From: Bispira polyomma
Lineage: Eukaryota
Direction of reading: 5' to 3'
NCBI GenBank assembly: GCA_965649765.1
Contig: OZ287751.1
Span: 57,040,001 to 57,104,000, forward strand
DNA: 64,000 bases
In this document: in pieces, positions 24,501 through 36,500 of the stretch
How positions within the stretch are numbered: position 1 is the first letter of the stretch
Layout: every line of letters begins with the position of its first letter
Made by a program: the position numbers and the translations under genes
Notes under the pieces: model-generated
What the model saw: only the letters and a program-made list of their open reading frames with translations
What the model was told of the DNA's origin: nothing
The model's database searches: none

Positions 24501-27500
24501 GTGGTGCTTGTAACAAAGATTCTGTTTTGGGAATTCTCAAATAGGTCACACAACAGTGTAAAACAACCTTATACTGCTTGTAAAATGTCCAGTAGCTGTT
24601 CTATTATGTAGAACCCATTAGCGGAGTGGCAACATGCCCATGAATTATAAGAAATCCTTCGGTGTAGATCAATGGAAAATATCAATGAAATGAAAATAGG
24701 ACAATGAAATAGAGTTTACAATTGAATATTGAGAGAAGTTTGGATTCTTGAGGTTCGATTGTATGTATATAGTTTTGCTGTAATTTTTAACAATTTTTTT
24801 TTTCACCAATTAATTACGTCATTTTGAAGCAAACTTTATCCAGTTATTGATATATTAAATAGGATAACATGGGTTACTTTGTTAATTTGCAAGTATATAA
24901 CATGTATTTCTCCATTTTTCTCCAAAGTAACAACTCTTAATATCAGAAGCTTTAATAAATATAGGTTGCGCTCTACAGAATTCAACTGATTTAATACAAG
25001 TCATGTCCAGGATATCTGATACAACATACACTAGAACCTAAATTATACAAATTTCTATTATTAAATTATTTAATTTCATTAATTCATTTCCAACCAAATA
25101 GCCGAAACTTCTTACAAAAAGTAATTCACAATACCTCTCTCTGTGTCGCAAATTCAACCCTCAATATTTTGGGATTGGAAGATGGCCATCTCGTTCCGTG
25201 AAGTTCATTTCTGGTGGCAACTGCATCTTCTTCATTTTCAAACTACAAAACAAAATTTTGTTCAATACTTATATATGTTACAATGAATTTGAGTAATCAG
25301 GACTTTCACAAAATCAGTGAAAAATTTATGTAGTTTTTACACTGAATTGTATTCAATGAATTTTTCCAAATGCACTTTTTATACTTTCTAGTTACTATTT
25401 TTATTAAATTTCATAATCCAATTGAGATAATATTAACAAGTTCTTGCAAGTTTCAAAAATATTATGAATTACCAAAAAATTATATTTTTATTATTTAGTT
25501 TTATTGTAATGTTGACCAAAGCATTTTCTTTGAAGTTAAAATTTATTCAAGCTGGAAAGGGAGGCAAATATTTATCTCACAACCTTAAATTAAGAAATAT
25601 CTACAGCATTGTGTATTACACTGAATTAAGCTTGTTTTCTCTTCTTTTTGTGTAGACCTCAAAATGTATAACCCCAAATAAACACACTCTCCAAGTGACT
25701 TTCACTTACGGCAGCTAAACAGTGTGACTTGATCTTATCAATCCAGAATCCTTTCTCACGCTTTATCGGGCCACCCTTTTCAATGATCTGCTTCAGCTGT
25801 CCTAGTGTAAACGGTCTCACCAAGTTAAAGATATGAATAAAGCTGGAGGCCGGGCGCCGGGCGGGTGATTGACGGCGCACTTTTTGTGGCACATCAGCAG
25901 GAAGGCTACTCTGCTGGCCGAACTTCCTGATAACGGCTGGCTCTGAGAAAGGGAACAAAGTACATACATGTATAGACAAGACTATTTTTAAAACTCGGTG
26001 CAAATATACAGTCAAACCCTTTTAAGTAGAAGTCTGTTAACTTAATTCACTCTTTTGTTGAAGCAAACAAGTGATAGCACAAAGGTGTTTTCTTTTTAAA
26101 TCTACCCTGGTGAGTGGAAATCCTGCTTAAGTAGATGTATATCTCTTGGTCCTTTGAGGTTCGACTTAAAGAGGTTCAACTGTATATACACAAGACTATT
26201 TTTACAACATGGTGTTTGTTATAACCCCTTTATGTAGAACTCTGTAAACTCAATTTCACCCTTATGTTCAGAGAAAACTGTTGTCACCCCAAAAATGTAT
26301 CTGTTAAGTAGAAATCCTGCTTCAATAGAAATATTTCTTCATTCAACTGTATTTTAACATAATTCCCTGTTCTCTTTATCCTTTTCTAACTCGCTCTGTA
26401 CCCATCTCTTCCCCCTTCTCATTATAAATATCCCTGTATGTCACTCTCCTTACCTTTCTTACTACTGGTCAGTTCCCCACTGACTGGTGCCTCCTTGTTC
26501 TCTTTATCCTCATGTTCTGACTCACTCTGTTACTATAAGTATTCCTTTATCAGTATATCAGTGTCCTTACCTTTCTTACTACTGGTCAGTTCCCCACTGA
26601 CCGGTGCCTCCTTGTTCTCTTTATCCTGTTCTGACTCACTCTGTACCCCTTCTTTCTCCTCTTTGTCCTCCTCTTTATCCTCCTCATCCTTCTGGTCATC
26701 CATCTCCTCGTTATAGTCCAGTTCTGACCCACTCTGGTCAGCAGCCTCCTCTTTCTTCACTGTAGTCCCAGCCACAACTGTCCTCTTGTCCTCTTTCACA
26801 TCCTGGTTAAATGGTCAAACGATACATAGACAAATGTACAGTAAGGATGTCTACTAGCCAACTTCTCTCATGTGAACATTCGATTTTAGGAACACAATTG
26901 CATGGTCCCAAATTTACATTTTTCTTTTAATCTAAAATGCCTCTTCCATTTTATAATATTAATAATAACAATAATATACCAGATTTATTTAGCGCCCTAT
27001 CCATTCATAGGAATGCTCTAAAGCGCTTTTATGAACCTTCTATTATCCGAACCAAACCCCTTGCTCTCTCAACATGTTTAGATAGTAGAGGTTTTGCTGT
27101 ATGAATATTACAACTAATTTTGTCAATATTTTTAATTTTTGATAAACCTATATTATTTTTGAAAACTAATATTTTACAATTGCTTCCTGACGGAACAAAC
27201 GGCTAAATAATAAATGCTATAAATCTTGTACAAAACTGGATGGAGTACACCTTGGCCCATGCCAATCTCTCCACTAAATTTCACGACAACCAGTTTTGTA
27301 GTTCTTTAGTTTTCTAATGCAGTTCGGGAAAGAGCAGAATTCAGGAACGTTGCAGAATTCGGAAACTGTTCCCGTATTCTGCAACCCTGAAGTTCCTGAA
27401 TTCGGGAACTTTGAGAATATTTTAATTTAGGCACTTAACAAAACAAATTGGCAATTTATGATAACTGTTATGTAAATATACATTAATTAATGAAAAACTT

Positions 27501-30500
27501 TTGTGTTGCTTGAAAAAAATCTATCGTTGCGTTATATTAGTAAGTTAAAGTTCTCCAAGAATTTGTGAACAAATTCAAAAACAAAAATTATCCCCAGAAA
27601 TAGCTGCTAAATTAACCACTGAGTCAAGTAAAATAATGGCAATAAAACTTTGATTTTTTTAAAAAACATAACTTTAATAAGGTTCCTGATTTTGGAAACG
27701 TTTCCGAATTCAGGAACTTCAGGGTTGCAGAAATCAGGAACAGTTCACTAATTCTGCAACATTCCCGAATTCTGCTCTTTCCTGAACTGAATGTAGGTGA
27801 AAAACCAACCAACCAATGATATGGACGAAAACACAATTGGTATTTAGTCGAGCTAGATTTTAGTTTTGTTTAATGGTTTTTAGCAACTACAGTGGACCCC
27901 CTTTAAGTTAAGTTTGAAGGGAAAGTTTTGAAGTAGAAATACCTCTACTTGAACAGGTTTTCTCTAAAGTGGGTAGATTATTCAAATGAGAGTACATATT
28001 CACCAAAGAATAAATCGAAAATACAACCAATCTAAGTTTACAGCTAAAAAATATAGACTCTAAATGCCAAAAAAGCCATACCTTCTTAATGGTCCTTATT
28101 TTATACAATCATTATTAACTACAAGCCAATGATTAACGGAATCTCCATGACAACACACCCACCTGTATGACTGTCCGTTTGATCTTCTTGGTGTCCTCTT
28201 CAGACTCGGGTTCCGACTCTTCCTCTGGTTTAATCACTGGAGATTCACTGGGTGCTGGCTCTGGGACCTTCAGCATCTCAGGCTTGATGTCTGTGATAAT
28301 CCCACTTTGCTGTGATAAATTGAATTTGTTTAGGTTTTACGCCACTTTTAAAAGCTTTTGTCATATTGTGATGGCCAGGATTAGTGCTTGGGGGATACCA
28401 CAGACCCACGGCAAGTACCTGACAAACTGTCTCACATGAAGAAGGAATCTGTGGGATTCTATCCCCAAAGATGAAAAGACAGGGATTGTGAAGCAGCCCT
28501 TTAAAACCACCAGGCCACCACGGCCACTTTTGCTGTAATAGAACCATTAAAACAGAGACAGTCATCAATTGTCTCATTCTATATTAGGTACAAGGGGTAT
28601 ATTTTAGGTTTAATAACATCACCTTCGACAGCTGTAAATTATATCAGGAGTCTCGGGTTTTCTCACTGGGCTGGACAACACTTATAAAACCCGTTTTTTT
28701 TTTCTTAAGAGTTGCAAAGAGCATACAAGTAGTAGTTAGATAAAACGAGTATAATGAACTATGATTAAGGGGGGGGGGGGGGGGGGGAAAGAGAAAAAGC
28801 TTTGTGAACGAAAACAGTCCATGTGTATGGATGCACAATCAGGTAGAGATACAAAAACAAGAGGGTGTTCGCAAACCATACCTTCAATGACTGGGCTGAC
28901 ACATTAATGGCTGCCTTCTGTTGAGTACTCCTGGTTGATCCCCACTTGCGTTTTCTTGGTGGCCTCGGTTTGTTGTTCACCTCATCTTTTACTGTTAATT
29001 TTTACATACAATAAATATAAGAGCGACTTAATGACCATTCGTTGCTTTATACATGTAAATTTCAACCAAAAATAGATGCTTTTAAAAGATAAGTCAAAAA
29101 TATAATTTGCACCAATCAGTAAATTTCAGTGTTGTTAACAGTGTACCCAGTAAGCTGCATTTTGTTTTGGACAAATTTGTTGATCACTGAAGTGTTTAGA
29201 ACCGATTGTTTAAAATATTAATATTTTACCTTCAAAACATTAAAATAAATGTAATTTGTACAATATATAAAAGAAAATAGGACTACTATGTACAGATTTG
29301 GTGTGTACAAGTTTTAAAAGTTTTAAAGGTGGCATTTCCTGTTAAAAGTTAAAGCTCATGTACACCTGTTATATGCTCTACCAGAAGACTGGGGTATAAA
29401 AGGAAATATACCATAATCTGTTATCTTTTAACTGCCGGAAGGCGGTTTCAATTCCTGCAGTTACACTAGCGTGTAATTTTTAACTTTTGTCTTATATTTT
29501 GAATCAACTAATAATTTAAAAATATCTAACAACATTAATACTTCACACTGGGGCTGGATCTAGAGATTTCTCAATTACTGCCCTTATTTTGCAATGGTCT
29601 CCATGTGGAGCTCAGATCACTTATACACTTTCTGTATTTAGAAAACACCTAAAACCTATCTCTTTAAAGTCGCTTGAAAATGATTTGAACCCTAACCAAA
29701 ACGAAACTGCTGTTTGAACATTACCATGGCTACCTAACAACCATTACAAACAAACATTGTAAATACTAAACAAAGGGTGGTTATTTAAGAAAATATTACG
29801 TTTTGGGGTCTGTGTTTATATATCTTTTCATGTTATGTATGGTTTAATGTATTGTATGTGTGTCAGAAGTAAAACTTTGGGAGTAATCGGCTTCTTGTTT
29901 CCGATTCGGGCGGTGATTAACCGACTACTCGTTCCGCCCCTACTTACTGGCATTACTGGCAATGTCTTGGCTTTTCTCCGCAGGTACATCCTCCTCTGCC
30001 TGTAAAAACCAAAACATAGTCCATGTTTGTTAAGAGCTTGTTAGCTTACATGACATTCTCTAGGTTTTACCAATATATATATAGTATAAGGACGACTACC
30101 ATGTACGACTGTGTGCATTAGCCAAAGCAGCTTAAAATGAAAATTGTCAGTTCTAAAACTACAGTTATCAGCAGAAAGATCACAGTCTTAATCAAACATC
30201 ATTTTAATTATACATTGAGTCCAAATTATTTGACCGGCTACCCAGTTGCAGTATCTGCCTCATTTTGGCTGTCATGAAGGTAAAAGCTTTACATATGGAT
30301 GAAAAATTTGTTTGTTTTATCTACGCAGTATCATATTTAAAGATGATGGTACATAGGGCAAACAAGAAAAATATTAATTTTATTTAGAATTTAAAATATA
30401 CATCAAATCTGAGATGAAGATATTCGATTGATGTCATGAAGTGGTTCTTCCAATAATTTAATACAACGGGAATATTTCTAAATAATGCAGTAGTATTATA

Positions 30501-33500
30501 CAGTATTAAAAGCTGAATTTACTAGTACATGTATGAATAACATTTGTGCTGAATAATTTTTTAGTATGTACTGTTTGGCTAATGCATCAGTAAATATACA
30601 TAATTACACAACTATCTGCTGTTGTAATTTGCATTACTCAATGAAACTTTACAGAAAAGGGAGTATATTACATCTGACAAAGCCAAATACATGTTTGTAT
30701 GCATTAATATATGTGTGCATGTAACTAAAAATTATGTTCAGACAAAAACTCGGGCTGGATCAAAGAATTAACTGTTATAAAACATAGTAAATATAAAGTA
30801 GTGCATAATAAACATAAGAGACAATTTCTTCCACAGAATAAAATAGACTACTAAAATATATATAGGATATGTATATAGAAAAACAACTGAGAACATGATA
30901 AAACCATAAAATGGGACAACTCTTCTTCCAAACTAAGGGCCTCTTTGTTACGAACATGTGGGTCGCCTGCCATCACCAAGGAAACAGAATCGTAAAAGCA
31001 GCATGATCAAAGGGCACAGCAACAACAACACTGCATGGCTCCACTAGGTCATTAACTGAAGAAGCTTCAATAATCTTGGACTTTAGCACTTGCTGAACAC
31101 ATCACAAAAGTCTATATATCCCCCTGAAACCCTAAGTACTGGCACTGTTAAGTCTCTTCTGGTGATATAGTTTTTAAGGGATATATCTGAACACACAAAG
31201 TCTTCTTCTGGTACTCTACAATCCCCAGCCTTCTAAAAGGGTTGATGTGGATAGCATTTGGCTGATGACATTGACAGTTAATATTGTGTGTTAAGTCTGT
31301 TGACGACGGCACATATGATTTAATTGCCACAACACTAGTTTTTCAGTCAAGGCTGTACGTCAACTACAACAAATCTTAACCATCTGTGTCATCCTCCATC
31401 CTGTGATGTCAATGGAAGTAAACAGGTTCATCAGGTATTTCAGGTATCAGTTTGAAAAGTTTTAATTCACAGAATATTCCACAAGACTGCTATTATACAA
31501 GGTTCTTCAACGATTCAACTTGCACACTATGTATGCAATGTTCTTGCTTTTTTTCACAATTGTCACTACAATTTCCTGCAATATATTGTCTTTCACTTTA
31601 TCTTTCACTTTTTGCATCACACATTTACAAACATAACATGTCAACTGTCAATGTTTATCCAAAACAGAACCATCCACATTGTCTTAGGTGGTACAACCAA
31701 GACACGGAGAAACTCACAATAACTTCATTCACTGGTGAACTGTAGCTCTATTTAGTACAGCCATCACAAAACGTCCATCACAAATTGCTACTGTATGCAC
31801 TGTTTATACATTTGAACAACAACTTCTTGAAACAAAACGGCATGCTTTAATCCTCAATAAGCTTCGAGTTCTGAGGTCTCTACTGCAGTTTGATTGATTG
31901 TCATCTACTTCTCTGTGATATCAGTGTTTCAGTTTAACAAAAAACATTCTACACCATTGCTTGGCCTATCAATTCAATCACCTGTAGACACAGAGCGTTC
32001 TTACGGAGCATTCAGTTGTGATGTATATATTTCTGTCAATAATCTGTGCGACTCTCACTTCAGGTTAATATAGACGATTTATTCCATTCAGGATCTCTCG
32101 AACTTCTTCAGCTGTGTAATAAAAGTTCCTCACACAGTGCAAGCTGTGACTCTTCATTGTACAAAATCATCTGTATGTCCGCGATCTTGCAAACAGCGAA
32201 CACAGTTTGACTGTAACATGGCACAATAGATAGCGGTGATTCAGAGAATTCAGCACCTCCTAAACTTCTTCAGCTGTGTAACAAAATGTTCCTCACAAAG
32301 TGCAAGCTGTGACACTTCAGCGTACATAATCATCTGTACATCCTCGATCTTACAAACAGCAACCACAGTTGATTTGACGATAACATGGCACTGGACACCG
32401 GTGCACTTTCTGTAGTGAATGATAAATGTCCCGTTGCGAAGGGCATGTAACTGATGCCACACATAAATGTCAGACAAAATGTCATGCCAGAAAACTGCAG
32501 GTAGTGACAGCAGAACACTGATGAATTGGCACATACAGCGTGGTCAGTAGTTGTCAGTCGGGATGTAGAACCAGCAATGATGAGAGGCCGTAAAACAGGC
32601 ACTTAATTCCCAGCACTCCACTCGTTAACACCTTCTCGGGATAATCAAGTTTTCACATAGAGCATTATGGGAATACAGACGTGTAAGCTTACACAAGGAC
32701 AAGAGCTCAGTACAATGCGTTATTTATGCACAAGTTTGAGAATACTTAGACAGGGCAGTATTCAACAAGACCTAACAATGTATTCAGTCTATTATATTCT
32801 GATGGTTAGTATTTTGACTTGTACATGGATTACAAAGATAAAACCAACTAGAAGGCTTCTAAACACAAGAGATAAATAACACCTATTACTCTAGTACGTT
32901 GCACTTTTGGTTCTATAAAGGATAATCTTTTTAATTAGTCATTTATTTGATATCTTTCAATAATAAACTTGGTCTTGGAAGACAAATAAACGAAACTTTC
33001 ACTTGGCTTAAATTTGTTGCGCCATATTGTTTAAACTTTCTTTTGCAAAACTGAATCATCTCTTAGAATGAGAAATATTACCACATAGATCAATCATATT
33101 ACCTTTTATTGAATATATAATCTATTTCAACATTGCTCTTTTCGGGGAAAAGTGGATTGAAAGGCAAAGTTTGAGTGTTTAGCAAGTGTCTGTCACAATT
33201 TGGCATCCTAAGGTCTGATGCTACAGGATAATGTAGTTTATCATCATAATCAATGTTTAAACAGTAAAGGGTGAATTGTTTATGTGTCATGATATCAAAG
33301 ACAAAAAGTTAAAATTTAACCTTTTAATATCGTCGGATATCGGGACATACCAAGAAACTAGAACATTTTTGGTAACAAAAATGTAGGCCCAAATAAAACA
33401 GTGAAATTGTTTGAATAAAGATTCCTAAGTAAAACATGGCTTGAAAATGTTACATTTTGGCGAGAAAAGGTCATAATTATAATGTACCATAAGAAAGTTA

Positions 33501-36500
33501 TACAAGGGCCACTCAAAGGTAAAATATGCTTATTGACAAGTTCTTTTACGACATTGATATGTATATGTCATCCATTGATATTGGTACTCAACAAGTTACA
33601 ACATATATGGTTGATATCAATGGACAAGTTACCTAATATTTAACAGTATCAAAACATTATCTTTCACTCCAACAGTAAACAGCTATACATCAATACATTT
33701 CAACTGATGTTCATTCTTAAAGAGTGCATAACCGAAATCCAAAAAGCACCACATCTGACCACACATACTTGTTTTACCAATAAAATCCGGCTTGCCAAAT
33801 GGCCCTGATAAAAAGAGCGAGTCCTCTATTATCACTGTAGATATAGCCAATTGGCTCCATTCAATTTATGGACAAAGTGCTTAATCGCTATAGTGTTGGA
33901 TTTTAATTTTAATGCCTGCAGGTTCTTTTATACACATGTTAACCCCTTTCTATCTGGTGGTGTCAGATAGACTCCGAAAATAGTGGTCAAGTTCTTCTAT
34001 TAAAAATTCCTCCATGAAAACTATTCCCAAGGATTTGATGTATTGATGTATTGATAAGAAACTCGAGTTAAATCCCCAAATGCTCAAAGGACCTTTTCCG
34101 TGTAGCAAAATAATGTTTTTTAGGCATTTGCATATTTTAGCAAACAATCGTTCCTCAGTTTTCCTCATGGGAAAACCCTATGATAGTCAATTGTGGTACT
34201 TTGATAACTGCACCACTTTTACACCAACTACTGGAAAAATAATTGAGTACTTTTATAAGTTAGCATAGACTCTGTAGAAGTAAAACCAGTATTCATACAA
34301 GTTCTGTACAAACTGAACCAATTTTTAATTGGCAATATATATATAAAAGTACTAGTTGTAAATTAGAAGATAGCCACAGCTACAACTAAATGTTTTTATT
34401 GATTTATGGATGTTGTACTTCTACACAGTTCACCTGAATTAATCAATTATTTTTAAAATAGAGTTTGCAGAATAAATATGCTAACAACATTACATTTCAA
34501 AGGTTTGGCACTGTGTAACCCTACTACCTTAATATACATATCGCTTAACGATATTAAATTACCTGTACTTTCTGCTCAAATTCCATTTCTTCATCAATCC
34601 TACAAAAAAATATTCACAAAGTTAGCAATATAATTTTATCATTACTTTTTTGGTCCTAGAAATTAAACAGTATCTGCAGAATGTATTCTTATGTTTCTTA
34701 TGCTTATATTATTTACTATTTTTTTTTATTCTACTATTTTTAGTTTGATTAATAAGGTACACACACAAGTTACACACCATTGAGCTATTCAATTCATTTG
34801 TTTACTGTAAAAAACAGAAAACCATGTATCATAATTTGCAACTCTGCTACTTTTGATAAGGTTCTACTATTAGGCTGTGGCAGATTTTGCATTTTAAGCA
34901 TGGAGGATAGATATCATGCATGTGTATTACTTGGAAGAGATTTAATAGATTTAAACTATGCTCAGAGTGCTGTAACTTACTTTTTATCATCTGCTACAGA
35001 GATACTGTCCACTGCAGCGTGGTCACTGTTCCCTGATGACTCTATTGGCTGCAAGGCAATCAAAACATGAAAAGACATATAAAAGTACCACATTATAAAG
35101 AGCAGAACTGGCTACCACACAAACTGTAAAAATTTTATTGTAATTTATCTTTTTGTAAGATAAATACTTACCTTATCCTCACTAAGTGCTTTTATTCATT
35201 TTGAATAATTGCTCGACCAAAAGTCTTTTTTATAAGACTATTCTTGTTTCTTAATTTTTACCTGTCTCTCGACAACGAGGCCCGCGCATGCGCAGGAAGT
35301 GTTTTCACTTCTTTTGGTGCTTGCACGACTCAGATTCCATTTTGGAAAGCCTGGCCACACAAATAAGTGGGGTTTGGTGGGTGGGCATCTGACTTGTGAG
35401 GATAAGGTAAGTATTTATCTTACAAAAAGATAAATTACAATAAAATTTTTACATTTTATTGCGATAAATATCCTTACCTTATCCTCACTAAGTGCTTGAT
35501 TACAACCTTTATGGTGGAGGGTATTTGTGTGACAGAGCCTCACTTAAAGGATTTAATGTAATGCCCTTTGTCGAGAGTAATTAAGAAACTCGAACTGTAG
35601 AAGAACTTAGAGATAATTAGGTCAGCTATTACCTAGGCCTACTGTAATTCCCCATTGTAACTCCCTGTAACTCTTAAGAGTAGAAATCAGAAATGATTAG
35701 GTAAACGTTTCATAGGAATACCTTAAACAAGACTCTTCTTACTCATTGTACTCTACTGTACTAGTATTCTTGTATTTCCTTATACTTGACAGCTTAAGCA
35801 TATGATTAGCAACTTGAGAAAGATGAAGCTCTGGCTTACCTAACTCATCTATTGCTATGCTGATCCTCCCTTGGGAAGATCCATAAATATTCTTTATAAC
35901 GATGATCCCCTCTTGTGAAGATCGTAACATTGGTGCATCTGTACATGTGTTGTGATGAACAAATTGGTCGGGCAGTTGCTGTCATCTGTTGTCAGGTGTA
36001 ACCGTCATGATGATGGCAGCAATTGCCCAAGCCGACACTGGTCTTCTTAAGAAACTAGGAGGCCTGAAATAGAAGATAAACATATATCATCAGCCTATAG
36101 TGAATGCATGCTGTAGTTAAGTACATTTCCCAATTCCTAGAAACGATAATGTGTCACAAGAAGTCTAACAAGCACTCACTTAAGTAAGGTGGACAATGTG
36201 TTGTGCAGAGACTACAGGACCTAAGGAAAAGTCTGCATCATCCCTAGATTGCCAAGCTACATCTTTCAAGTAGAAGTTAGTAAAGGTGTTATGTGATTTC
36301 CAGAAGCAAGCACCCAGTATCTGGTCTAAAGAGACCCCCCCTTTAAAGGCCAAAGAGGCCGCCATGGATCTCAAATCGTGGGCCTTAACTTGACACAGAT
36401 TTTCAATTTCAGTGTCAGCATGCTGGTAGGCCAAAATGATGATTTGCTTAAGCCAGGATGAGATAGTAGATCTCTGTATATCTTTACTAAACCCCTCCGG

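Noticed and set aside
33003-33025. CAATATGGCG start-like context on the minus strand in intron 9
   Set aside because: Reads MAQQI* immediately; at most a YY1-like motif
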